A stretch of 64,000 bases of DNA from Candidatus Dojkabacteria bacterium (GTDB lineage Bacteria > Patescibacteriota > Dojkabacteria > J137): the NCBI GenBank assembly GCA_030834985.1, contig JAUQWV010000002.1, forward strand, positions 4,435-68,434. Reading direction: 5' to 3'. A program made the translations under genes and the position numbers. The notes under the pieces were generated by a model that was not told where the DNA came from, did not search any database, and was given only the letters and a program-made list of their open reading frames with translations. How positions within the stretch are numbered: the stretch's first letter is position 1; each line of letters starts with the position of its first letter. Below are positions 29,064 to 39,250 of the stretch, piece after piece.

Positions 29064-31023
29064 ATTTTTCAATTTTCTAGAACAATCGATTTATCGGATT
29101 CGAGACATCTTTTGGGACTATCCCGAAAAACTATTCGGTGAAAGATCACTAAGAACAAACCTTATAGCTTTGTACCAGATCTCAGTACCTTACTCGCACT
29201 TTGTTATTGCATTTGCTACTTTTGCTCTAATATTTGTTACTTTTAGCGATACTCACTATAAAGCCATAATCAACAATCCTAACAAAGTTTTAGTTGAAGC
29301 TGTTGTAATGGGAGTAGATTCAGAAGGAAGAATTCAAAGAATCAATAAAGTAAATCCAATTCTTCCAACAAATATTCAGCTTGAAAAAGACCTTGTAGAT
29401 TTGATTTATGAACCTTTAATTAAGTACGAATATATTGATAAAGGTAATGATACATGGGAGCCTCAAGTTATTAATGTGTTAGCAAATGATGTAATTAGAA
29501 TTAAAGAAGGATCAGACTATCAATTTAATCTAAAAAGAGGTGTTAGATGGCATGATGATCGTGAATTTACTGCTGATGATGTAATAGCTACCTTAAATTT
29601 AGTTGCAAGCTTAAATCGGACAGATAACGCATATATTAGAGCTATCAAGCAAATGAGATGGGAAAAGGTGAGTGATTACTCAATTCGTCTTTGTACAAAA
29701 GGCTCAGATCAACAGGCAACTTGCAACGAGAGCCAGGATAATCCAATTTTTTCTAACTTTCTTGAACTAGTAAGCATTAGAATTGCTCCTGCTCATAAAA
29801 TCAGTACATTAACCGAAGTTCAAGTTAATAACTCGGATGCAGATATCTTTAGATCTCCTGTAGGAACAGGAAAGTATAAATTTTATTCAGCAGATAATGC
29901 CAGTGTTACACTTGTAAAAAATCCTGACTATATTTATGCTGTAGATCATCCTCAGCCTCAAATTTCTACAATCAGATTTAAATATTATAAAACTTTAGAA
30001 GAAGCTGTTAAATCAATAAAAAATGGAGAATCTCATAGTTTAGCAAGCATATCAGTTGAATATAAAACAGATTTGGAAAAAACAACAAATGTTGATATTA
30101 ATTTAAGCCCTGTTCTAGATAATCAATATTGGGGGTTATATTTCAATTTAAAAAAAGACCCTGATGGAAACTCAAAAGGTCCTAAGTTCTTTCAGGATGT
30201 TCAAGTACGAAGAGCAATTTCTGCTGCAATAAGCCGATACGAGATAATAGAAAATGCATTATTAGGTGTAGGAGATGAATCCTTTGGCCCAATCACGCAA
30301 AAATCAGAATTCTTTAATAAGAATGCCGGCTGGGAAACTTATGATCCGGAAAAAGCAAAAAGGCTTTTAGATGAAGCCGGATGGAGCTTAAAAGGCAGTA
30401 GTAAAATAAGAACAAACGATCTAGGTGAGGAAATGGTATTCTCGCTTTATTTTGTGAATAGTTATGACAGGTTGAATGTTGCGCGGGTAATTCAAAAAAA
30501 TCTGGAAGATATTGGAATTAGAGCAATTATAGATAGAAGGCAGATGCCTGGCCAAGATTCTTCAAGCGAAGCTCCATCCGGCTGGAGTTTGGATGAAATA
30601 AATAGGGAAGTTCTTGCTCCAAGATCCTTTGATGCAATTTTGTACGGTATGAATACTTTTATAGATCCTGATAGATATGAACTATTTCATAGCTCTCAGT
30701 CAGTAGATCCTGGATTAAATATTGCTAGCTATATAGGTTCAGCTGAAACAATACAGGTAAAGGAAAGTCAGCTGGAAAGGCTACCAAGAATAGACAGGCT
30801 TTTAGAGGTAACTAGAACTTTTGATCCCTTACAGGCTAAAAGTGAGCGTCTTCGAAACTACTTAGATATACAAACGCTAATTGCCGAAGACGCTCCCGTA
30901 GTCTTCTTATACCATCCGCAGTTTATTTACTATGCAAATACAAATGTAAGCCACGTAGACTTATCGAATGTAGCAAGTGTAGAAGATAGATTCCGCAATA
31001 TTGAAAACTGGGAGATAAAATAA
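29056..31023 (+). CDS. ABC transporter family 5 (peptide-type) substrate-binding protein, membrane-anchored
   Basis: LKRGVRWHDDREFTADDVIAT, PVGTGKYKF, VRRAISAAI, EDAPVVFLY. Confidence 0.9.
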   Translation: MPKFFNFLEQSIYRIRDIFWDYPEKLFGERSLRTNLIALYQISVPYSHFVIAFATFALIFVTFSDTHYKAIINNPNKVLVEAVVMGVDSEGRIQRINKVNPILPTNIQLEKDLVDLIYEPLIKYEYIDKGNDTWEPQVINVLANDVIRIKEGSDYQFNLKRGVRWHDDREFTADDVIATLNLVASLNRTDNAYIRAIKQMRWEKVSDYSIRLCTKGSDQQATCNESQDNPIFSNFLELVSIRIAPAHKISTLTEVQVNNSDADIFRSPVGTGKYKFYSADNASVTLVKNPDYIYAVDHPQPQISTIRFKYYKTLEEAVKSIKNGESHSLASISVEYKTDLEKTTNVDINLSPVLDNQYWGLYFNLKKDPDGNSKGPKFFQDVQVRRAISAAISRYEIIENALLGVGDESFGPITQKSEFFNKNAGWETYDPEKAKRLLDEAGWSLKGSSKIRTNDLGEEMVFSLYFVNSYDRLNVARVIQKNLEDIGIRAIIDRRQMPGQDSSSEAPSGWSLDEINREVLAPRSFDAILYGMNTFIDPDRYELFHSSQSVDPGLNIASYIGSAETIQVKESQLERLPRIDRLLEVTRTFDPLQAKSERLRNYLDIQTLIAEDAPVVFLYHPQFIYYANTNVSHVDLSNVASVEDRFRNIENWEIK

Positions 31024-31161
31024 CTTTCTAAAAATTTCTTCAAAAATCTAATTCAGCTAATTAAAAGCTACATTCTTTATCTGTCGGCCTCTACAACTGT
31101 CGTATACCATTATTGATATCTTAAAGTTCCATATTCAACCAATATTTAGCAATAAATGTTG

Positions 31162-31190
31162 TTGACATAGTTTTTTATAGCTTTTAATAT
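31162..31190 (+). promoter_or_regulatory. sigma70 promoter of the mraZ operon
   Basis: TTGACA 31162-31167, 17-nt spacer, TAATAT 31185-31190. Confidence 0.7.
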
Positions 31191-31220
31191 AAGTGGTAGA
31201 AAGTGGTAAAAAGTGGAAAC
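31191..31220 (+). promoter_or_regulatory. MraZ operator: three 10-bp-period AAGTGG direct repeats
   Basis: AAGTGGTAGA AAGTGGTAAA AAGTGGAAAC directly upstream of mraZ. MraZ is known to bind GTGG-type repeats spaced 10 bp apart. Confidence 0.85.
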
Positions 31221-31302
31221 ACCAGGAAACAAACTTTGCACTAAAAAATTGAACTTTTAACTGTTTCTACTGCTTTAACTTCCACAATTTACTACCGACA
31301 AA

Positions 31303-31728
31303 ATGTTAATAGGCGAGTATTTAACAACTTTAGGAGATAAGAACCGAGTTGGTATACCAAAGCGGCTCCGAGATAACTTAAACGGGAAGGTCTATATAAC
31401 CCGCGGATACGAACAATGCTTAATAATGGTTGATTCAGAACGTTGGGATTATCTCGTAGACGAAATAAATAAAAGTCCGTTGTTGTCTTTGAACGTCAGA
31501 GATACCAAAAGATTTATTATCGGAGGAGCAACTGAAGTTGAATATGACTCATTGGGAAGGTTTGTAATCCCAGAAAGCCTAAAAGCGTTTGCCAAAATCG
31601 ACCAAAAAATAGTTTTTTTAGGAGTAGGGGAATGGGCTGAGATTTGGAGTGAAGAGAGATGGCAAGAGAAGTTGAATGATTTAAATAAAAATGTAGCCGA
31701 TTTGGCAGAAAGACTAAGCTCAAAATGA
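31303..31728 (+). CDS. mraZ: Division/cell-wall cluster regulator MraZ
   Basis: GEY...DKNRVGIP, TRGYEQCL, DSLGRFVIP, EIWSEERW. Confidence 0.97.
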   Translation: MLIGEYLTTLGDKNRVGIPKRLRDNLNGKVYITRGYEQCLIMVDSERWDYLVDEINKSPLLSLNVRDTKRFIIGGATEVEYDSLGRFVIPESLKAFAKIDQKIVFLGVGEWAEIWSEERWQEKLNDLNKNVADLAERLSSK

Positions 31729-32693
31729 TACATAAAGCTGTTTTATTAAAAGAATTAACAGATTGCCTAGAAGTAAGAAAGGGCGGAATTTATGTTGATT
31801 TAACTTTGGGGGCAGGAGGCCATAGTCTAAAAATTTTAGAGGAATTAAAAGAAGGTACTTTAATAGGTTTTGATTTAAGTTTTAAAGCTATTGATCACTT
31901 TCATAAAAAGCTTGTGAAAGAAGGCTTTGAAGTAGCAAACGAAACAGAAAAACAAATTGAATTAAAAAAAGGTTCTTTAAAAATAATATTAGTAAATCGG
32001 AACTTTACTGATTTAGCTGATGTATTGTCTGAATTAAACATAAATTCCGCTAATGGAATTATTGCTGATTTAGGCTGGTCAAGCGATGAATTAACCGAAA
32101 TCGAAGGATTATCTTACGACTCAAACGTTGATGACTATTTAGATATGAGATTTGATAAATCATTAGCAGTAACTGCTGCAGATTTGTTGAATGCACTAGG
32201 TAGAAGTGAGCTTTCAAAGATGTTCGAAAGATATGCTGATGTTTACGGTAAATCAAATCAGAATTTAGTTAGTAATATTCTAACCTTTAGAAAAAAAGGA
32301 GCATTTAATAAAGTGCGCGACTTAAAACTAGTTATAGATCGAAGTTTTAAATTTAAACAATCGAATAGGTTTCAAAAAAACGAAGTATACAAAACGTATT
32401 CAAGAGTTTTTCAGGCTTTAAGAATAGCTGTTAACAGCGAATTGGTAAACCTTGAAAAGCTTTTAGAAAGTTCACTAGATTTGCTTGTCAAAAATGGATC
32501 AATGGGAATAATCACTTTTCATAGTGGTGAAGATAAAGTTATTGTTTCTTTTTTGGAAAGTAAATTAAGCCAAAACAAGGTTATGGTTACAAGCCAAAAT
32601 GGGGAAGATTTATTTATAAGACCAAGTGTAGAGGAGATAAAAGGCAATATAAGAGCCAGAAGTGCCAAATTATATATATTTAAAAAACTTTAA
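31725..32693 (+). CDS. rsmH: 16S rRNA C1402 N4-methyltransferase
   Basis: HKAVLLKE, DLTLGAGGHS, DLGWSS, LDMRFD, FQALRIAVNSEL, TFHSGED, RARSAKL. Confidence 0.96.
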   Translation: MIHKAVLLKELTDCLEVRKGGIYVDLTLGAGGHSLKILEELKEGTLIGFDLSFKAIDHFHKKLVKEGFEVANETEKQIELKKGSLKIILVNRNFTDLADVLSELNINSANGIIADLGWSSDELTEIEGLSYDSNVDDYLDMRFDKSLAVTAADLLNALGRSELSKMFERYADVYGKSNQNLVSNILTFRKKGAFNKVRDLKLVIDRSFKFKQSNRFQKNEVYKTYSRVFQALRIAVNSELVNLEKLLESSLDLLVKNGSMGIITFHSGEDKVIVSFLESKLSQNKVMVTSQNGEDLFIRPSVEEIKGNIRARSAKLYIFKKL

Positions 32694-32703
32694 AGACAAA
32701 TAT

Positions 32704-33018
32704 ATGAGCGAATATAAAAGCAAAAAAGACTTTCACAAACTAAATAGAATACTAACTATCTTGATTGTAGCTCTATTTATTGTATATGTAGGCTTACAGA
32801 TGGTTGTAACCTCTATGGTTGGTACAAAGAGTGAAGAAATTGATAATGTAAGAGCTCAAAAAGCTGAATTAAGGTTAGAAAACGAGATTTTGACTTCTAA
32901 AATTGACGGAGCCAGATCTTTAGATAATGCAAAGGATCTTCAAGAAAAATCTAATCTTGAAACTAAAAATGTAAACTTCTTAGAAAAAGCAGACGGTTCA
33001 AATGTTGCTTTGAATTAA
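32704..33018 (+). CDS. ftsL: FtsL-like cell division protein
   Basis: Basic N-terminus, single TM, coiled coil; lies between rsmH and the PBP gene. ATG 32704 preferred over 32662. Confidence 0.65.
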   Translation: MSEYKSKKDFHKLNRILTILIVALFIVYVGLQMVVTSMVGTKSEEIDNVRAQKAELRLENEILTSKIDGARSLDNAKDLQEKSNLETKNVNFLEKADGSNVALN

Positions 33019-33020
33019 TA

Positions 33021-34796
33021 ATGAATAACAATAACTTAGTAAAAAAAGTTAAAACTATTCATATAATCATCCTTATTTTCGGTTTTCTGCTTTTGTTGGC
33101 TACCTTTAGGTGGCAGGCAGTGGAAGCTTCAAGGATGAGCAAACTAGCACGAGAAAGGTCTTCAACTTCTGAAATTAATTCTGTACGAGGAACGGTTTAT
33201 TCAAGTGACGGTACTACTTTAGCTTACAGCGAACCTAGATTTGATATATTTATATGGATTAAAGATTTAGAATATTACGAGAGTTTGAAACTACAAACCA
33301 GAGATGAGTTTTTAAAGAAAGTAGCTCCAATAATTGAAATGACACCAGAAAAACTCCAGGCAACTATAGACGAATTTGTAAATAAAGGAATTTTATGGGT
33401 TCCTGTTAGTAAGGGTTTATCTGATCAGCAATGGAATGAGCTAAATAATTTAAAAGCAGATGCTTTTGATACACCATTGAAAGGCTTTCAGTTTGAAAAT
33501 AAATCTAAACGTATTTACCCTGAAAAAAGACTTGCCAGCCACCTTGTAGGCTTAACTAATGTAGTTAACGATAAAACAATAGGGCTTGGCGGAGTTGAAG
33601 AAAGCTGGAATGAAATACTAAATCCTATTAAAGGGGTTTTGGTTCAAGAAACGAATGCTAAAGGAGAAGCCATTGCAACTGCATTAACAGCTACAATTGA
33701 ACCTAAAAATGGAAGTGCTGTATATACATCAATCAATAAAAGACTTCAGGCAGTAGTTGAACAAAAGCTGAAAGATGGTGTAGAACAGTATCGAGCATTA
33801 TCAGCTTCTGCTGTGATCATGGATCCTAAAACAGGACAGATTATGGCTTTAGCTAATTATCCGGATTACGATCCTAATCAAAGAGAAGAAAAGGATCCAA
33901 ATGTTTATGGCAACAAAGCAATATCTTCTCCATATGAGATGGGTTCAATAGGTAAAGCGCTTACAATTTCGGCTGCGGTAGACTTAGGTAAAGTAGATGC
34001 TAATACTATTATTTTACCCAATGGGCACCAAGGCTGTGAAAAATTTACTGATGAGCTAGGACCTTTGTGTACCTGGGATAAGGTGCCGCAGCCGCCAATG
34101 CCTTTACGTGATTGCTTTGCTAAATCAGATAACATTTGTTTGTATCATGTGGCTAAAGAGTATCTTTCTACCGAGGAATTTCATAATTATTTAGTTAAAT
34201 TCGGAATTGGCCAAAGTACAGGTATTGATTTGGCAGGAGAATCGTATTGGCCACTTAAAGATGCACAGTACTTTAATATCGGTGATATAGCTGCTATGTC
34301 TTATGGTCATGGATATTTAGTTAATCTGGTACAAGCAGCTGACGCAATTTCTGCAATTGCAAATAATGGAGTTAGAATGAAGCCTTATGTAGTAACTAAA
34401 GTTATAGATAGTGACGGCAATGTAAGCGAATACAAACCTCAAATTATTGATACTGTTATAAGTAAAGAAACTTCTGACAGAATGTTAGAAATGATGAGAT
34501 ATAACTTTGAAAACTCTATTTACTATGGTGAGTGGTGGTATGAAGATTTGAAAAATTATGACCTAGGCGTTAAATCCGGTACCGCTTTAATTGCTACTCA
34601 AAGCGGATACTCAGAGGAAATAAATGCATCATTTATAGGTTTTGACCAATCGCCTCAAAGAACCTTTATTATGGCAATAAAGCTTGAAAAACCTCAGCTA
34701 CCTGAAGGTCAAAACCTTTCTGCTTATAACGTCCGTCCTTTATGGCTCGATACTTTTGCTGCAGTTAAAGACATTATCGGTGTTCCAAGAAAATAG
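33021..34796 (+). CDS. ftsI: Class B penicillin-binding protein (FtsI/PBP2 family)
   Basis: RGTVYSSDG, RIYPE, SxxK (SIGK), SxN (SDN), KSGT. Confidence 0.88.
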   Translation: MNNNNLVKKVKTIHIIILIFGFLLLLATFRWQAVEASRMSKLARERSSTSEINSVRGTVYSSDGTTLAYSEPRFDIFIWIKDLEYYESLKLQTRDEFLKKVAPIIEMTPEKLQATIDEFVNKGILWVPVSKGLSDQQWNELNNLKADAFDTPLKGFQFENKSKRIYPEKRLASHLVGLTNVVNDKTIGLGGVEESWNEILNPIKGVLVQETNAKGEAIATALTATIEPKNGSAVYTSINKRLQAVVEQKLKDGVEQYRALSASAVIMDPKTGQIMALANYPDYDPNQREEKDPNVYGNKAISSPYEMGSIGKALTISAAVDLGKVDANTIILPNGHQGCEKFTDELGPLCTWDKVPQPPMPLRDCFAKSDNICLYHVAKEYLSTEEFHNYLVKFGIGQSTGIDLAGESYWPLKDAQYFNIGDIAAMSYGHGYLVNLVQAADAISAIANNGVRMKPYVVTKVIDSDGNVSEYKPQIIDTVISKETSDRMLEMMRYNFENSIYYGEWWYEDLKNYDLGVKSGTALIATQSGYSEEINASFIGFDQSPQRTFIMAIKLEKPQLPEGQNLSAYNVRPLWLDTFAAVKDIIGVPRK

Positions 34797-34840
34797 CTTC
34801 ATTTAAAAATTTTAAACATCTTATAGTATAATTATTACCT

Positions 34841-35743
34841 ATGCATCAAATACTCTTATACTACAAGTACGTAAATATCGAAGATCCTCAAGCTCTGTTA
34901 AATGAACAGAGAAGTTTTTGTGAGTCATTAAATCTGAAAGGTCGAATTATTCTATCAAAAGAAGGTATTAACGGTACTGTTGAGGGTTTAGCTGAAGATA
35001 CCCAAAAGTATATTAGTGTTATGCTGGCTGACACGCGCTTTAAAGATATGAACTTCAAAATTAGTGAAGGTACTGGAAATGCTTTCCCAAAGCTTTCTAT
35101 TAAGCTTAGAAATGAACTTGTAAGTGGGCATTTGGGCGAGGATGATGTTGACCCAAATGTAACTACCGGAAAATATATTACAGCCGAGCAACTTCATGAG
35201 CTCTTTAAATCAGGTGAGGAGTTTTACATTATTGATATGCGTAACGACTATGAACATAAAGTTGGCTATTTTAAAAACTCAATACTACCTGCTTTAAGTA
35301 ACTTTAGAGATTTACCTAAAATACTTGGAGATTTAGAGCACCTAAAGGATAAGAAAATTATAACGGTATGCACCGGAGGTGTAAGATGTGAAAAAGCCTC
35401 GGGATACTTAGTAAAAAAAGGTTTTAAATACGTATACCAGCTGCATAATGGAATAGTAACTTATATGGAAAAATATCCAAATGAAGACTTTTTAGGTAAG
35501 CTATATGTGTTTGATGGTAGAGTAGTAATGGGCTTTGATACAGAATCAGATAAACATGTAATTGTTTCTAACTGCGATAAGTGCGGTAAGCCGTCAGAAA
35601 ATTATGTAGACTGTGCATACAAGCATTGCAAAGGGCATAGACACTTTATATGCTGTACCAATTGCTATTCTGAAGATGGAAAGCCATACTGTAGTCAAGA
35701 ATGTTTTGAAAAATCCAGAGTTGAGATTAACGCTACAAGATAA
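34841..35743 (+). CDS. trhO: Rhodanese-domain tRNA U34 hydroxylase (TrhO/YceA family)
   Basis: LLYYKY, EGINGT, DMRNDYE, CTGGVRCEKAS, GKLYVFDGR, C-terminal Cys cluster. Confidence 0.92.
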   Translation: MHQILLYYKYVNIEDPQALLNEQRSFCESLNLKGRIILSKEGINGTVEGLAEDTQKYISVMLADTRFKDMNFKISEGTGNAFPKLSIKLRNELVSGHLGEDDVDPNVTTGKYITAEQLHELFKSGEEFYIIDMRNDYEHKVGYFKNSILPALSNFRDLPKILGDLEHLKDKKIITVCTGGVRCEKASGYLVKKGFKYVYQLHNGIVTYMEKYPNEDFLGKLYVFDGRVVMGFDTESDKHVIVSNCDKCGKPSENYVDCAYKHCKGHRHFICCTNCYSEDGKPYCSQECFEKSRVEINATR

Positions 35744-35871
35744 CTTAAGCTTAGATACAAAAGATCTTAGCTTGTATCGTAAAAGGTTTGAGGATTTTAA
35801 GACTTTATTTACAGCTGCCAAAAGACAACTATCTCCCGAAAGATTTAAAGATTTTATAGATCAGGAGTTTT

Positions 35872-36441
35872 TTAACTAAAGCTTACTTGAACGTTTTCTC
35901 GTTCTGCTGCATTTGCAACTTCAAAGAATTCTCTTACTTTAATTCCAAAAATTCCAGCAATAAAACTGTTTGGGAAAGTAACGATCTTTGCGTTTAAGTC
36001 GCGCACTGTACCGTTATAATATCTTCTTGCGCTTTCCAGGTCACCCTCAACTGTTTGTAAGGAGTTCTGGAGTGAGATAAAGTTTTCATTTGCTTTTAAT
36101 TCAGGGTAATTCTCTGCAACAGCAAATAAAGACTTTAGTGTTTCTCTTAACTCACCTTCATATTTACCAAGCTCTTCAGGAGTTTTAGCATTCATCATTC
36201 CACTTCTTAACTCTGCAACTTTTTCAAAAATAGCTGATTCGTGTTTAGCATATCCTTTAACTGTTTCAACAAGGTTAGGGATTAAATCAAATCGTTTCTT
36301 TAACTGAACATCGATTCCGCTCCAGCCTTCGTCAACTAAAACATTTTGTGTTCTTAAGGAGTTATATACACTTAAAACATAACCTCCAACAACAATAAGC
36401 GCTACTAATGCTATTCCGCAAACTATAAGAAATATTTCCAT
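35872..36441 (-). CDS. lemA: LemA family protein
   Basis: WSGIDVQLKKRFDLIPNLVETVKGYAKHE, ENYPELKA, ARRYYN. ATG 36441 preferred. Confidence 0.95.
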   Translation of the reverse strand: MEIFLIVCGIALVALIVVGGYVLSVYNSLRTQNVLVDEGWSGIDVQLKKRFDLIPNLVETVKGYAKHESAIFEKVAELRSGMMNAKTPEELGKYEGELRETLKSLFAVAENYPELKANENFISLQNSLQTVEGDLESARRYYNGTVRDLNAKIVTFPNSFIAGIFGIKVREFFEVANAAERENVQVSFS

Positions 36442-36471
36442 ATCGGATTTGTAAGATGTAATTACAATCAA

Positions 36472-38001
36472 TTATATATTATTTTCCTCAATTATCAATG
36501 ATTCCCCTGTCATGATGCTTGGTTTTTTAATTCCCATTAAATCTAGAATTGTAGGTGCAATGTCACTTAAGGTTTCTCTTCTATGCAGTTTGCAGTTTAG
36601 ATCTGAAACTAAAATAAAGGGTACAGGTGATGTAGTGTGCTGCGTATGCGGCTGTTTATTCTTATAATCCCACATAATGTCAGAGTTACCGTGATCTGCA
36701 GTAATTATCAAAGCATAATCAGTAAGCTTCTCTTTAATTGCTTCATGTATTTTTCCTAAACAGTAATCCACTGATTCAGCTGACACAACAGCCGCTTCAT
36801 AGTTGCCTGTATGGCCGACCATATCAGCGCTAGATAAGTTAGCAACAATAAAATCAAACTTATCTTGTATAATGGAATCAATAACCTCTTTAGTGATATC
36901 AAAATTCCTCATAGAAGGCTCAAAACTATAGATTGGTTTTACAAATCTATTAGATTCAAACATCTTCCAGGTTTCTAATGTAAACTCTTGTTCTCTTTCG
37001 CCATTTAGGAAAAAGGTCAAATGGGGGAATTTTTCAGTTTCAGTTACATGTAATTGGCTCTTCCCTGCTTTAGCAATAGTTTCAGCTAATGTATCTGTAA
37101 CTTTCTGTCTTGGAAAAGCAACCTTTACAGTCGTAAATTCTTCGCTTGCCTGAATAAAAGTAGTTATTTCAAAGTTCTTAAACTTTTCATCTAAAATTCT
37201 CCTAACAATCTGATAAAGTCTATCTGTTCTATAATGGTAGATAATTAAACCATCATTATCTTTTAACAATCCATTCTGATTTAGAATAAATTGCGGCAGC
37301 TGTTCATCTGTAGAGTAAGTAGCGTATGCTAAATTTAAAACTGCCTGCCAATCACTAATAGGGTTGCCCTCGCCCTTGGCAATTAACTTAAATGCTGTTT
37401 CTGTACGATCCCAATCTCTATCTCGATCTAAATAGGAACGTCCCTGTATTGTTGCAATTGATACATTAATATTTTTTAGTTTTATTAATGCTTTTTCAAG
37501 CTTCTGAAAATATTTGAAAGCAGATTTAGGAGCAACGTCTCTTCCATCGGTAAATACGTGTAAATAAATCTGCTGTTTAAACTTCTGTTTATTTAATAAC
37601 TTTAAGATTGCAATTAGATGATCAATATGAGTATGAACTCCGCCATCACTTAATATTCCAAGTAAATGTAAATGTGATTTATTCTTTTCAACATGTTTAA
37701 CTGTTTTTAAAATAGCTTCGTTATCGAAAAAGGATTTGTCTTCTATAGCCATGTTTATTCTTGGTAAATCCTGGAAAATAACTCTTCCGGCACCAATTGT
37801 TAAATGGTTAACTTCAGACGTGCCGAATTGACCTTCCGGTAAACCTACTGCTAAGCCGTCAGACTTTAATCGTGTGTTTGGATATTCTCTTACTAAGCGA
37901 TCAAAGTTAGGTGTTTTTGCATTTGCAATTGCATTAAATTTATTCTCAGGAGCTAGTCCCCATCCGTCCATTATTATCAAAACTACTTTTTTCTTTTTCA
38001 T
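36472..38001 (-). CDS. gpmI: 2,3-BPG-independent phosphoglycerate mutase
   Basis: IMDGWG, SEVNH, SDGGVH, DGRD, DMVGHTG, TADHGN, HTT. Confidence 0.96.
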   Translation of the reverse strand: MKKKKVVLIIMDGWGLAPENKFNAIANAKTPNFDRLVREYPNTRLKSDGLAVGLPEGQFGTSEVNHLTIGAGRVIFQDLPRINMAIEDKSFFDNEAILKTVKHVEKNKSHLHLLGILSDGGVHTHIDHLIAILKLLNKQKFKQQIYLHVFTDGRDVAPKSAFKYFQKLEKALIKLKNINVSIATIQGRSYLDRDRDWDRTETAFKLIAKGEGNPISDWQAVLNLAYATYSTDEQLPQFILNQNGLLKDNDGLIIYHYRTDRLYQIVRRILDEKFKNFEITTFIQASEEFTTVKVAFPRQKVTDTLAETIAKAGKSQLHVTETEKFPHLTFFLNGEREQEFTLETWKMFESNRFVKPIYSFEPSMRNFDITKEVIDSIIQDKFDFIVANLSSADMVGHTGNYEAAVVSAESVDYCLGKIHEAIKEKLTDYALIITADHGNSDIMWDYKNKQPHTQHTTSPVPFILVSDLNCKLHRRETLSDIAPTILDLMGIKKPSIMTGESLIIEENNI

Positions 38002-38117
38002 TACAAGCTTTAGAATTAATATATATACCGGCTAATATACCACAAAGTATTCAACTCGATTAATATATCTGATATGATTTTCTAGAAAGAGTTTTTCAGA
38101 TTTAATATTTCTTCTAA

Positions 38118-39203
38118 ATGGTAAAAAAAATTGGAATTCTTAATGGAGGTGGTGATGTTCAGCCGATTAATGCTGTTATTGCTTCTATAGTTAAATCTGG
38201 TTCTAAAAGAGGATTTGAATTTATAGGTTTTGAACGAAGCTGGGAAGGCGTTTTAAATCCAATGCTTTACAGAACTCTAGATCAAAAATCAGTTAGAGGT
38301 ATAAGCCATGTTGGAGGAACAATTTTGGGTACAGTCAACAGAGGTAGATTTTCTGCTAAAAAAGGTGCAGGGGAAGTAAATAAGATACCAGACGACGTGT
38401 TGCAAGAAGCAAAAGCAAATTTAGAAAAAGTTGGTGTTGAAGCGTTAATTGTAATTGGAGGCGATGGAACGTTATCTGGCGCTCTTCAGTTAGCTGAGCT
38501 TGGCGTAAAAATCGTTGGTGTTCCAAAGACAATAGATAACGATTTAGATAGTACCGATAAAACTTTTGGATTTTCTACCGCAGTAGATATTGTAACTGAG
38601 GCTTTGGATAGGCTACATACTACGGCCACCAGCCACGACAGAGTTATTTTTGTTGAAGTTATGGGGCGAAACACTGGTTGGATTGCTGTTAATTCAGGTT
38701 TGGCTGGTGGCGCCGATATGATTTTGATTCCTGAAATACCGTTTGACTACAATAAAATTGTTGAATTCTTAAGAAAGCGTAAAGAAACAGGCTATAGAGC
38801 TAGTGTAGTAGTAGTTGCAGAGGGTGCTGCGCCTAAAAAAGGGTTAGTAACCTCTATGAAAGTAGGGGATACATTTGAAGTTAAACTAGGTGGAATATCT
38901 AATACGATAATCCAAAAAATAGAGGAGCTTGCCCCAGGCGAGTTTGAACTTAGGAATACAATATTGGGACATATTCAGCGTGGAGGCTCTCCTAATGCAG
39001 AAGATAGGATTTTAGCAAAAGAATATGGAGTTGCTGCTATGGATGCAGTTGAACGTGGTGATTTTGGAATGATGGTAAGCCTTAAAGGTGACCAAATTGT
39101 AACAGTCCCAATTGCAGAAGCTGTAAAGAAATTAAAACTTGTCACAACTGACAGCTTAACTGTTCAAACTGCTAAAAAAATCGGGGTATTCTTTGGGGAT
39201 TAA
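38118..39203 (+). CDS. pfkA: 6-phosphofructokinase, group III-like
   Basis: GGTILGT, IGGDGT, PKTIDND, EVMGR, LGHIQRGG. Confidence 0.95.
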   Translation: MVKKIGILNGGGDVQPINAVIASIVKSGSKRGFEFIGFERSWEGVLNPMLYRTLDQKSVRGISHVGGTILGTVNRGRFSAKKGAGEVNKIPDDVLQEAKANLEKVGVEALIVIGGDGTLSGALQLAELGVKIVGVPKTIDNDLDSTDKTFGFSTAVDIVTEALDRLHTTATSHDRVIFVEVMGRNTGWIAVNSGLAGGADMILIPEIPFDYNKIVEFLRKRKETGYRASVVVVAEGAAPKKGLVTSMKVGDTFEVKLGGISNTIIQKIEELAPGEFELRNTILGHIQRGGSPNAEDRILAKEYGVAAMDAVERGDFGMMVSLKGDQIVTVPIAEAVKKLKLVTTDSLTVQTAKKIGVFFGD

Positions 39204-39250
39204 ATATCTGCTAAACTAAATTAAATTTCTTATTTTTTAATAAGCCTACA

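Noticed and set aside
31191-31220. Direct repeats as CRISPR or iterons
   Set aside because: Only three 10-bp units with no spacers; position and sequence fit an MraZ operator. No CRISPR array or cas gene seen anywhere in the window.
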